DNA from: an uncultured Oscillospiraceae bacterium
GTDB taxonomy: Bacteria; Bacillota; Clostridia; UMGS1883
Assembly: GCA_964385605.1 (NCBI GenBank)
Contig: CAYLPQ010000002.1
Coordinates: forward strand, 28,611-92,610
Reading direction: 5' to 3'
Length of the DNA: 64,000 bases
The position numbers and the translations under genes were made by a program. Position 1 is the stretch's first letter, and each line of letters opens with the position of its first letter. This document shows, piece after piece, positions 19,623-28,943 of the stretch. The notes below the pieces were generated by a model that saw only the letters and a list, made by a program, of their open reading frames with translations, was not told the origin of the DNA and searched no databases.

Positions 19623-19632
19623 GGAGGAGATA

Positions 19633-21339
19633 ATGGTGATAAAAAAATTCAGTGCAATTATGATTGCATTATGCGTGGTTTGCACTATGTTTGCCGGTAT
19701 AAGTGTCAGTGCCGCAGATGAGTTTGAATGTACATACAGTGTGGATTACGACAATTCAATCATTTACTATGAAATAACAACCCCTGCACGTTACCGTCAG
19801 ATTATTACGGTAACCCTCTCAATGGGGGATGAACCCTCTGGTGTAGTGCGTACAGATGAGGTGCACGCAGACATTCAGGGTAAGGCATCAGGCTCATTTC
19901 AGATGACATCTGACGATGCTGCGGGTACATATGTGCTTAAGACATCAGGTGCAGGTTATCTTGAAAATGTGTCCAATGACAGCGATGAGGTTTACTTTGA
20001 AACATACGAAAACATATACGATTCCAACGGAACGCTTGACCGCTTTAACAGTGCGACAGAAAGTACAGTCGGCGCACTCCTTCTTGAAAAGAAGGCTATG
20101 TTTGACTATGACTTCGAAGAAGGCAGTGACTATGCGGAGAACAGCGATGTAATCCATGAAATGTTCATTGCTATCAGAACAGAGGACTACGAGGGTGCTT
20201 TCGAGAATTTCTCCGAGATACAGGATGCTATGACAGCGATTTCCGCAATCAGAGAAATCACTTTCGCATCCTCTCCCGAAGCTACACAGGCTCTTTGTGA
20301 GAAGAGTGCGACACTTCTCGGTATAGACAAAGAGCACGATGATTATAAAGGCTATGAGGAGAAGATTTACACAGTTCTTCTTTCACTTTTTAATGAAAAA
20401 GCTCCCGAAACAATTGCCGAAATCAAGGATTACATTCAGAGAAGTATAGCTATAGCAAAGCTTAACCGTGTTGATGCCGAAGAAGCTACCGATGTTATAG
20501 TGACATACGGTGAAGTACTTGGTATTGACGTTGATGAATACAAGGAATATATAAGAAAATATGATGAAATCCGCTTTAACTATGCATTTGTAGGAATGAA
20601 CTACACCACTGCAACACAGGTTGTAGCAGCTTACAACGCAAGGAAAGCTAATCCTCCCGAAAAAGCACAGAAGCCCTCCGGTGGTGGCGGAGGAGGCGGC
20701 GGTGGCGGTGGCGGCGGTGTTGCTGCCGACAACGAAAAACCGAAAACACCGTATGAATCAATCGGAGTAGAGGGAGAAGTAAGTGCTCCCATTGACGAAA
20801 ATGTAAAATATCTCACAGATGTTGATTCAGAGCACTGGGCATATGAACCCGTAAAAGCTCTTTATGATGCAAACGTAATCAGTGGTTTTGAGGATGGCTC
20901 TTTCAAGCCTGAAAATAATGTGACCCGTGAGCAGTTTGTTAAGATGCTTGTGCTGGCATTCGAAATGAAAGGCGATGCAGACATAAGCTACAGCGATGTT
21001 CCCAAAAATGCGTGGTATTATGAAGCTGTAAAAATTGCAACTGCAAACGATGTGACAAAGGGCTACGGCAAGGAATTTGGTGTGGGTGCAAATATTACAA
21101 GAGAAGATGCGGCTGTAATGATTCACAGAATCGTGCAGACCACGCAGGCAGAAGAACCCGTACAGTTTGGTGATGATGCAAGTATTTCATCCTATGCAAG
21201 AGATGCTGTTTATGGACTTTCAAATGCAGGAGTTATCAACGGAATGGGCGACGGAACCTTTGCTCCCAAGGCAAAGCTCACACGTGCGCAGGCGGCAAAA
21301 ATTATCTATACAGCCCTTAAATATAATTTGACGAAATGA
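19633..21339 (+). CDS. Cell-wall-anchored protein: Ig-like + helical region, Gly13 linker, three C-terminal SLH domains
   Basis: ATG 19633 lies 5 nt after AAGGAGGAG. The upstream ATG 19594 overlaps the previous gene and has no RBS. SLH repeats: DVDSEHWAYEPVKALYDANVISG...VTREQFVKMLV, YSDVPKNAWYYEAVKIA...ITREDAAVMIHR, ISSYARDAVYGLSNAGVINGMGDGTFAPKAKLTRAQAAKIIY. Confidence 0.85.
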   Translation: MVIKKFSAIMIALCVVCTMFAGISVSAADEFECTYSVDYDNSIIYYEITTPARYRQIITVTLSMGDEPSGVVRTDEVHADIQGKASGSFQMTSDDAAGTYVLKTSGAGYLENVSNDSDEVYFETYENIYDSNGTLDRFNSATESTVGALLLEKKAMFDYDFEEGSDYAENSDVIHEMFIAIRTEDYEGAFENFSEIQDAMTAISAIREITFASSPEATQALCEKSATLLGIDKEHDDYKGYEEKIYTVLLSLFNEKAPETIAEIKDYIQRSIAIAKLNRVDAEEATDVIVTYGEVLGIDVDEYKEYIRKYDEIRFNYAFVGMNYTTATQVVAAYNARKANPPEKAQKPSGGGGGGGGGGGGGVAADNEKPKTPYESIGVEGEVSAPIDENVKYLTDVDSEHWAYEPVKALYDANVISGFEDGSFKPENNVTREQFVKMLVLAFEMKGDADISYSDVPKNAWYYEAVKIATANDVTKGYGKEFGVGANITREDAAVMIHRIVQTTQAEEPVQFGDDASISSYARDAVYGLSNAGVINGMGDGTFAPKAKLTRAQAAKIIYTALKYNLTK

Positions 21340-21353
21340 GAGGTGGATACAGT

Positions 21354-23984
21354 ATGAAAAAAATATTATCACTTATATTGATTCTCGGAATTTTTCTGTC
21401 AGTATTCACCGTACAGGCGGCTGACGAGGTAGTAGAGATTGTCGTTCCGGAAAAACATCTGAACAACGTAACAATGCTTAAAGCACTCGGTATTGGTGAT
21501 TATACAGAAAAACTCCATACCGAAAAGATAACCCGCGGAGAATTTGCAGGAATTATAGCAGCACTTCTTGATGCGGATGAAATTGCAGGTGCGATACCTT
21601 TTGCAGATGTTGACAAAAACAGTGAATACTACAATGCCATATCTGTTGTGTATACATACGGAATTATGAACGGGGTGAGTTCAGTAAGATTCGCTCCCGA
21701 TGAATGTATCACTTATGAGCAGGCTATAAAATGTGTAGTATCTGTTCTCGGATACGCACCCATTGCAGGAGCTTTCCCCGACGGATATATGAATATTGCC
21801 ATAAGCATACGTTTGCTTAACGGTCTCGGAACAAACAGTGACAATTTCACATGGGAAAAGGCTGTTCAGCTTGTTGTAAATTCTTTTGATATTGCTGTTA
21901 TGGTTATTCACGGCATTGGCACAGAATCAACTCTGTACCGTCCGTCAGACAGTCAGACTATTCTTGGTGTATATCACGGTATATTCAAGTCAGAGGGAAA
22001 AGTGACAGATAACGGTATTACAACCGTTACGGGTGATCCTATCCGTGCAAAAGAATTTATGATAGTAAACAATATTGCAGGTTTTGTCGAAGATGACTCC
22101 ATGCGTGAGTATATCGGGCAGAACGTTGAATTTTACTATCAGGTAGCTGATGACGGAACAAGAATACTTTATTTTCTTCCTGAATCATTTTCCGATGATG
22201 TTCTTGTGATTAATGCAGATGACCTTATAACTGACAGCGAAAGCTTTACAAAGACAAATGTCGTATATAAAGAGAATGGCAAGAAGCAGGAAGCAAGGGT
22301 TCATCAGTATGCAGAAATGATTTACAACGGAAAGAACTTTGCAACATTCCTTGTAGATGATATGAAGATAGTTGCAGGTACTCTTAAGCTTATTGATAAT
22401 GATGACGATAATGTTTACGACCTTATTATCGCCGATGAGTACAAAGACATTGTTGTAGCGGCAATCGATCAGACAGAGGAGATTATCACTGATACAAAGG
22501 GTGTTTCTTACTCCTACGGTGGTAAGGTTCGCTCATATTTCTATGACAAGAACTTTGCGCCCATACTTGTTTCTTCAATTATCAACGGAAACGTAATTTC
22601 TCTGTTTGAAAGTAAGGACGGCGAATACAGAAAATTTGTCGTTTCCAGTGATATTATAACAGGTATAGTTGACGGATATGAAAACGACGGTGAGGTTGAA
22701 AGAATTTCCGTTGACGGTGTTTATCGCAGATATTCACATTCATTGCTTGACAATATTGCCAACGGATATGAAGGTGCTTTCGTTCCCGAAATGGGTATGA
22801 ACCTTAAGATGGCGCTTAACTATGAAGGCAAAATCTCCGTAATAGATACAAATGTAAGAGATTTTATGTATGCATACTGTCTTGGTATGGAGCCTATGAC
22901 CGGTGCGCTTAAGAACTCGGTTCAGCTTAAAGTTGTAACAGAAAAGGGTGACGAGGTCATTCTTGATGTAGCAAAGAAGGTTGAAATCAACGGCGCGACA
23001 AAGGAGCCTGCTGATGTTCTCAACATAGCTGATTTCTATGATAAGGAAGGCGAATTTGTTCCCCAACTTATAAGAATGAAGGTTAATTCCAAGGGTGAAC
23101 TCAAGATGATTACGACGGCAAAGACTGTTGAATCAAACCTCGGATTTACCGATAAAGACCAGTTCACACTAGACTACTCTGCAAGTTCTGTAAGCTCATC
23201 CGGTAATGCCTACGGTGGTTGGTATGGAACAGACAGTAATACAATCTTCTTCAGACTCAGAAGAGACGATGCATATTCAGATCCGGAGGTTTCTATCGTA
23301 AAATCTATCCCTGCAGCAGGTACTAATGCGAAAATGTATGACCTCGATGCATTCTGGAATGCAGGCGCAGTTGTTGTGAAAGACAGCGACAGCTTCTCAA
23401 ACTATATGCGTCAGGTTCTTATGGTAACAAAGGTGTATACGGGCTTTGATGAACACAAAAATCCCGTTAGAATGATAGAAGGGTATCAACAGGGTAATCA
23501 GTGGAAGTATGCAGAGGCGGAAGAGGGTGTTATCGACCACTTTATTCCCGAAGGCATAAAGATTGGTGACATCGTTATGATACAGGTTGATGATGCGAAA
23601 AATATAAGAACCATCGATAAGCTTATCTCGCTTTCTGAAAAGCAGGAACCCAAAATGGAGGCGCTTGTAGGAAGCGGTACAACACCTGACCTTGCGTTTA
23701 TGTATGGTTATGCGTGTGAAAAGAATTCAAGCTACATGGTGGCAACTCTTGATAACTATGCACTGAAATCTGCCGAAAACTTCTTTGTAAAGAGTGTTTC
23801 AGCAAGTGCAAATATCTTTGTATACGATGTTAAAGACAAGACATTCAGGAAGAGCAAGCTTCTAGACCTTCCCATTAATGCGGTAAGACAGGGAGATATG
23901 TATAACATCATAAACAAAGACGAAATGATTTTCATGACCTACAATCGTAGAGCTGCAACCGATATTATTATAATTAAATATTAA
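21354..23984 (+). CDS. Surface protein with N-terminal SLH domains and a ~700-aa uncharacterised beta-rich body
   Basis: ATG 21354 follows GAGAGGTGG. Signal peptide ending VQA|AD. SLH-like stretches ITRGEFAGIIAALL and FADVDKNSEYYNAISVVYTYGIMNGVSSVRFAPDECITYEQAIKCVV. Confidence 0.75.
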   Translation: MKKILSLILILGIFLSVFTVQAADEVVEIVVPEKHLNNVTMLKALGIGDYTEKLHTEKITRGEFAGIIAALLDADEIAGAIPFADVDKNSEYYNAISVVYTYGIMNGVSSVRFAPDECITYEQAIKCVVSVLGYAPIAGAFPDGYMNIAISIRLLNGLGTNSDNFTWEKAVQLVVNSFDIAVMVIHGIGTESTLYRPSDSQTILGVYHGIFKSEGKVTDNGITTVTGDPIRAKEFMIVNNIAGFVEDDSMREYIGQNVEFYYQVADDGTRILYFLPESFSDDVLVINADDLITDSESFTKTNVVYKENGKKQEARVHQYAEMIYNGKNFATFLVDDMKIVAGTLKLIDNDDDNVYDLIIADEYKDIVVAAIDQTEEIITDTKGVSYSYGGKVRSYFYDKNFAPILVSSIINGNVISLFESKDGEYRKFVVSSDIITGIVDGYENDGEVERISVDGVYRRYSHSLLDNIANGYEGAFVPEMGMNLKMALNYEGKISVIDTNVRDFMYAYCLGMEPMTGALKNSVQLKVVTEKGDEVILDVAKKVEINGATKEPADVLNIADFYDKEGEFVPQLIRMKVNSKGELKMITTAKTVESNLGFTDKDQFTLDYSASSVSSSGNAYGGWYGTDSNTIFFRLRRDDAYSDPEVSIVKSIPAAGTNAKMYDLDAFWNAGAVVVKDSDSFSNYMRQVLMVTKVYTGFDEHKNPVRMIEGYQQGNQWKYAEAEEGVIDHFIPEGIKIGDIVMIQVDDAKNIRTIDKLISLSEKQEPKMEALVGSGTTPDLAFMYGYACEKNSSYMVATLDNYALKSAENFFVKSVSASANIFVYDVKDKTFRKSKLLDLPINAVRQGDMYNIINKDEMIFMTYNRRAATDIIIIKY

Positions 23985-23986
23985 TT

Positions 23987-24124
23987 AAAAGAGGCTGTAG
24001 CAAAATGAATAAATATTTATGCGGGACTATTTCAGGACTGCTCCCGACAGACTTTGTTTTTTGTGCAAAAACGGGACCGTCCCAAAGAAATGGGCTACAT
24101 AAATATTCATTTTGCTACAGTCTC
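23987..24124. mobile_element. MITE-like palindromic element sharing its termini with the IS at 32629-34448
   Basis: The left end AAAAGAGGCTGTAGCAAAA matches the IS terminal repeat AAAAGGGGCTGTAGCAAAA at 18 of 19 positions. The right end TTTTGCTACAG (24110-24120) is the inverted copy. The arms extend to about 25 bp with one 3-4-nt indel (ATATTTATTCA vs ATATTCA). There is no ORF. Confidence 0.6.
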
Positions 24125-24146
24125 ATATAATAAGGAGTGAAGAAAA

Positions 24147-27100
24147 TTGATAAAAAGATTTTTTGCTGCTTTTGTAGCAATTGTTATGGCTCTTGCCGTA
24201 TGCCCTGTTCTTACAGGTGCGGAAACTGCAGATATTCAGTCTTTATATGACTCCATCACTGCAGAATCTGTTACGCAGAACGAGCTTGAAGATTTCGTTA
24301 CAAAGGACCTTGTGCTTCCCGCTGCTCCCGAAGGAATTACAATTTCATGGGAGTCAAGCGACGAATCAGCAATTACTAAAGACGGTAAGGTAACCCGTGC
24401 CGATGTAGTGGATAAGACTGTAACACTTACTGCTACAATTTCTGACGGAAGTCAGACACTTACGAAAGAAATTAATCTTAATGTTGTAGCAAATGCAACA
24501 AACGTATTTTATCAGAATAACTTCCATTATCCCCAACTTGTGGGAACGTCTACAGTTGTAACTTCGGATATCGGCTGGACAGACAACGGTAGCGGTCAGA
24601 CAACCGTTGAAAAGTCTATCAAGACTGATGACGATGGTAACCATTATCTTTATATGGACCATGCTTCAACAGCCGGCTACCCCCAGATTGGTCCGACCTT
24701 CAGCGCTAAGGGCAGCAAAATTACAATCCGTATGGATATATCGGTAGATGCAACAAACGGAACAACAAAACTCATTGACCTCTGGCTCGGAATGGTTAAG
24801 GGTACAAGCATAGAGTATTCCAAACCCCGTATGATTACTGACGCAAACAATGTAACTTCTATAAGCGGAATTAATAATCTTAAGTTTGATACTCTTCCCA
24901 GCAGAACAGAGCTTTATATTGAACTTGATATGGAAAACCTTACTATGAGAGCGAAAAAGGGGCAGGATGGCGAATGGTCGAACTCAATGAATATGCCCAG
25001 TGCTAACACCGAATGGACAGGCGAGATTAAATCATTGCTTTTCAGAAGAGGTTCGGGTAGTTCTCCGGCAGCTGTTCTTGAAGTAGACAATATGATTGTT
25101 TACGAAGAAAGAGACAGAGCATCTTACGCAGACAGCCTTGATGTTGACAAGACAATTGCTGTACTTGATTTATCAAAAATGACAAGTGAGGATATTAATA
25201 ATATCACACGGGACCTTGACCTTAACTACGCAGAGCTTCAGGCGGCAAACACAGCTAACGGCACAACAGTTACTTTCGAAAGCTCCAACCCTGACGTTAT
25301 CGAAATCGCAGACGGAAAGGGTATTGTAAAACGTGGCTATGAGGCACAGGAGGTTACACTTACTGCGACAGTTTCAAAGGGGAGCTATTCTGATTCTACA
25401 AAGAAATTCATTTTCACAGTTCCCGCAAGTGAAGCGGCTACAGAAATAAAGAATGCACTTGCATTCTCCAATATGTCAAATCAGTCAAACTTTGCTGTGA
25501 CAAATGACCTTAATCTTTCATACACTGCAATCGCAGATGTAAAGGCGAAATATGGTGCAGAAATCACTTTTGAATCATCTGATGATTCTGTTATACAAGT
25601 CGTTAACGGTACAGGCATTATTAACCGCGGTGATGCAGAAAAGACTGCTACTCTTACAGCAACGGCAGTAGTTGACGGTGTAACATTTACACGTGAGCAT
25701 AATATCGTTGTTCCGGCAACAAGCACTTATGTGTTCAAGTCAGAGGATTTCGGCTATCCGGAATATGAGGGAGAGAAGATTTCGGAAATTGGCTGGGTTT
25801 GTGAAACAGACCCCACACGTTTCACAACCACCATTGAGCAGATAGACGGCGATTACTACATTGAAGGTTATCTTCCCCAGACGGACACCGGTACACGCAG
25901 ACCTTCATTCACGTTTCAGAATGACCGTGATGTGAAGAAAATCAGTGTGGAATATACAGCTACATATATGGAAGACAGTGGCGTAAATGCAATTTACGAG
26001 TTTGAATTCTACGGCGGAACAACAGGCAGTGATCTTGACACGAGTAAAACAATTGCAAGAATTCAGTCTACAGGTACATCTATGGCTATATACGGTCATA
26101 CCGAGGAAAGCACTGCGTATCACGGTGCAAAGGCCTGCACTGCAACGAGAGCGACACGCGGCAATTCTGACAGATACCGTTTTGACTTCGACTTTGTAAA
26201 TCAAGGTTACGATTTTTACCTTAACGGTGAGAGAAAGAACACTGACCTTATTCCCTTTGCATCTGGGATGAACTACAACAGCTTCAAAAAGTTCAACTTT
26301 GCAGCATACCGTGAGGCAGTTGGCTCAAAGATTCTCATTGACGACTTTGTAATCCAGGCAAGAGATGTAGAGTTTACACAGGACTATGTATCAGAGGCAG
26401 GTCAGCCCCTTACAGTGGAAGTTTCATTTAAAGATACAAACTACAACGATGCAGTTCATATGTATGTAACAAGCGATTATGACGAGGAATATAATCTTCG
26501 TCAGCTTTTCACAGTTAATAACGCAGGCGGTGAACTTGTAAAAAATGTTATCTTTGACTACAGAGACGCATACCTTGTAAATAAAGAAAGCGGTGCAAAA
26601 ACACAGCTTATCGGTCTTCCCACTGCAGACGAAACAGCGCCTCCGCTGTTTCCCCAGACATATCTTGGCGGTAACCACGGGGTATCCTTCGGCGTCCGTG
26701 TGACAAGTGCAAACCATGGAAAGACATACAACGACATCGGTTCTGTATGGCTTGATGATGCAGGTGTACAGTGGACACTTGTGAGAGTAAACAGTGAAAG
26801 CGAGCTTGTATTCCTTTCAGAAACTGAAAAGAAAAACGGTACATGGGCATTTGTAAAGAATATAACAGGGACAACACTTACTTATGATGAATCTGCAGAC
26901 AACAACTTCGCACTTAATGAAACTGCAATCACAATAGATGCAATTGCAGAAACAAGTATGCAACTTCAGCCTGCAATCGGCAACCGTGTGCAGAAAATGT
27001 ATATCTACCGTGATGGTGAATCTTCTGAATATGTAGAGGTTGACTCTATCAGGGAGGGCTTCACGGTTAACTGCAGTAAGGTTATTCTTGATGAAACCTA

Positions 27101-28256
27101 TGATATTATGGACCCCTCAAAGATAGGTTATCACCTTCGCGAGTATCGTCCCGACGGAGGTTATACAGCTCCTGCAGATATAGCAGAGGGTGGTACACCT
27201 ATTATGCGTTATCATCAGACAATCACTATCCACGAAGACGGTGACGTTACAATAGAACACGACCACGAAATGCTTGAAACCTTCAAATCATTCAGCTACT
27301 ACGGATACCAGTACTATGAAAAGGCTGACGTTTTTGGCGGTGGTGTATTCAGATATATGCCCGGTGTTAAGGGTATTACATCAGGGGACAGATTCTACGA
27401 CTTCTCAAAGCCCTTTGATATGACAAACGATGCACTTCCCGGAACATATATAGCATCAAAGGATTTGTGGGCAAACGAGAACCTTGCACCTGACAGAACA
27501 ATCGAGTATTACCGCGATACAGACGGCAAGAACCGTATGGCATTCGTTGCAGGCTTTGTGCCGATTCTCGATGCGGCACCCGATGTGAGAACGGAAAACA
27601 TCTCATCAGCTCTTACAATGTATAACAGAACAGGTATGAAGGTTTATCCCATGCTTGTAAATAATGCAAGTAAGTTCGCCCAGGAAGGTGCTAAAATTCA
27701 GGGTGTCGTATTCCGCCATTATGATAATCTTGACCAGAGTACAGATGCGGTTACTGCTTATGACGTTGAGTACAAGGATGATGTTTACTACTACGTTGAC
27801 TTTATGGAAGACGCAGAAAACTTTACACTTGACCTTTCAAAGAAGACTGTTGCAAGCGATTATGAGCTTGTTTACAAGACTGACGATGTTACATACAGCA
27901 TAGACGGAAACAAACTCATTGTAAGCGGTAAACAATCGGGCTATATCTGCGTTAAGGGTAAGCGCAGTGCAGAAATTGCAACTGTTGCTTATGACAATGC
28001 TACTCATAAACTTGCTGTATGGCTCAATAACAGAGCGGAAACACAGGTAACAGGTGACATCGTTATAGCAGGCTTTAACGGTGATAAGTGCAAGAGTATT
28101 TCTGTAAAGAAAAATGTTACTCTTACAGCAGATGATTTCACAAGACTTGATATCGAAGATTTCGATGACAGCGGTGTAACAGATATTAAAGTATTCCTTG
28201 TGCATAAGGGAACACTTACTCCAGTCAACTTTGCTAAAATTATCAGTGTAGAATAA
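24147..28256 (+). CDS. Secreted 1369-aa protein: 3x aBig Ig-like, 2x LamG-like, ~500-aa unassigned domain, C-terminal beta-sandwich
   Basis: TTG start 8 nt after AAGGAG. Signal peptide ending VLTGA|ET. Ig-like modules end VTLTATISDGS, VTLTATVSKGS and ATLTATAVVDG. Nothing recognisable by eye in the region encoded by about nt 26364-27900. Confidence 0.7.
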   Translation: MIKRFFAAFVAIVMALAVCPVLTGAETADIQSLYDSITAESVTQNELEDFVTKDLVLPAAPEGITISWESSDESAITKDGKVTRADVVDKTVTLTATISDGSQTLTKEINLNVVANATNVFYQNNFHYPQLVGTSTVVTSDIGWTDNGSGQTTVEKSIKTDDDGNHYLYMDHASTAGYPQIGPTFSAKGSKITIRMDISVDATNGTTKLIDLWLGMVKGTSIEYSKPRMITDANNVTSISGINNLKFDTLPSRTELYIELDMENLTMRAKKGQDGEWSNSMNMPSANTEWTGEIKSLLFRRGSGSSPAAVLEVDNMIVYEERDRASYADSLDVDKTIAVLDLSKMTSEDINNITRDLDLNYAELQAANTANGTTVTFESSNPDVIEIADGKGIVKRGYEAQEVTLTATVSKGSYSDSTKKFIFTVPASEAATEIKNALAFSNMSNQSNFAVTNDLNLSYTAIADVKAKYGAEITFESSDDSVIQVVNGTGIINRGDAEKTATLTATAVVDGVTFTREHNIVVPATSTYVFKSEDFGYPEYEGEKISEIGWVCETDPTRFTTTIEQIDGDYYIEGYLPQTDTGTRRPSFTFQNDRDVKKISVEYTATYMEDSGVNAIYEFEFYGGTTGSDLDTSKTIARIQSTGTSMAIYGHTEESTAYHGAKACTATRATRGNSDRYRFDFDFVNQGYDFYLNGERKNTDLIPFASGMNYNSFKKFNFAAYREAVGSKILIDDFVIQARDVEFTQDYVSEAGQPLTVEVSFKDTNYNDAVHMYVTSDYDEEYNLRQLFTVNNAGGELVKNVIFDYRDAYLVNKESGAKTQLIGLPTADETAPPLFPQTYLGGNHGVSFGVRVTSANHGKTYNDIGSVWLDDAGVQWTLVRVNSESELVFLSETEKKNGTWAFVKNITGTTLTYDESADNNFALNETAITIDAIAETSMQLQPAIGNRVQKMYIYRDGESSEYVEVDSIREGFTVNCSKVILDETYDIMDPSKIGYHLREYRPDGGYTAPADIAEGGTPIMRYHQTITIHEDGDVTIEHDHEMLETFKSFSYYGYQYYEKADVFGGGVFRYMPGVKGITSGDRFYDFSKPFDMTNDALPGTYIASKDLWANENLAPDRTIEYYRDTDGKNRMAFVAGFVPILDAAPDVRTENISSALTMYNRTGMKVYPMLVNNASKFAQEGAKIQGVVFRHYDNLDQSTDAVTAYDVEYKDDVYYYVDFMEDAENFTLDLSKKTVASDYELVYKTDDVTYSIDGNKLIVSGKQSGYICVKGKRSAEIATVAYDNATHKLAVWLNNRAETQVTGDIVIAGFNGDKCKSISVKKNVTLTADDFTRLDIEDFDDSGVTDIKVFLVHKGTLTPVNFAKIISVE

Positions 28257-28268
28257 AGAAAATTAAAG

Positions 28269-28301
28269 AAGCAAGGCATAACAAATCGTTATGCCTTGCT
28301 T
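28269..28301. terminator. Bidirectional terminator between convergent genes
   Basis: 14-bp stem AAGCAAGGCATAAC / GTTATGCCTTGCTT with a 5-nt loop, followed by TTTTG and preceded by AAAG. Confidence 0.75.
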
Positions 28302-28312
28302 TTGTTATCAAT

Positions 28313-28825
28313 TCAAAGTAAATTGATAACAATTGTGTTTTTCTTCATTGCATAATCATAAGCTCGCTTTGTACCGCTGTTGGGCTGATAATCAGACACA
28401 TCTCTTTTGCTGTTTTTCCGCCTGGGTGGTATGTAATGTTCATCATAGAAAATAACACAGTAACTGCTGTTGTCAATCATTTCATAATTGCGCTCAACAT
28501 ATGCCGCCTTCCCTGCATTAATAATCCGTTCAGGATAATATGTACGATCATAACTTTGCAAAAGATATGCAGTGTAACTTTCATCGATATAAGGAAACTC
28601 TGCCCTCACATAAACACGCCTGATGTGTGGATATTTCTTTTTCAGTTCTGTAACAACCTTCAGACAAAGCTCGTCAAACTCACTTTTGCTGCCAAATAAA
28701 AATGTATCAACCTTTTTCTCTGTAATTAAATCTTCAACAACTTCATTCAGACGATTAACCAATTCATCTGTAACATTTACCTTCCTGTGTCCAAAGAAAC
28801 AACAGGTGCGTTCTTTCAATTCCAC
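28313..28825 (-). CDS. SLOG-fold DUF1273 family protein (YpsA/YoqJ-like)
   Basis: GTG start at 28825 lies 6 nt after GAGGTG, giving MELKERTCCFFGHRK. The CCF(F/T)GHR N-terminal signature and ~170-aa size are typical of DUF1273. Confidence 0.7.
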   Translation of the reverse strand: MELKERTCCFFGHRKVNVTDELVNRLNEVVEDLITEKKVDTFLFGSKSEFDELCLKVVTELKKKYPHIRRVYVRAEFPYIDESYTAYLLQSYDRTYYPERIINAGKAAYVERNYEMIDNSSYCVIFYDEHYIPPRRKNSKRDVSDYQPNSGTKRAYDYAMKKNTIVINLL

Positions 28826-28845
28826 AATTATCACCTCAAACAATT

Positions 28846-28921
28846 ATTGACCAATATAACGGACAATATTTTTCTTAATTCTATCATACAATACAAATAG
28901 TTGCAACCAATATTGGTCAAT
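28846..28921. promoter_or_regulatory. Divergent promoter region with 12-bp inverted repeat and CCAATATTGG palindrome (candidate XRE operators)
   Basis: ATTGACCAATAT (28846-57) and ATATTGGTCAAT (28910-21) are perfect reverse complements. CCAATATTGG (28907-16) is self-complementary. Confidence 0.4.
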
Positions 28922-28943
28922 TATGAATTGTGTGGTGTAATTT

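Noticed and set aside
19594-19632. Longer N-terminal extensions offered by the ORF track. These start at 19594, 21336, 13723, 11871, 28843, 35191, 36854, 37236, 49207, 54320, 55021, 56762, 56875, 29969 and 60781.
   Set aside because: In each case a downstream start has a proper Shine-Dalgarno sequence at 5-10 nt. That start gives the canonical family N-terminus or signal peptide, while the extension overlaps the upstream gene, a terminator or a promoter.
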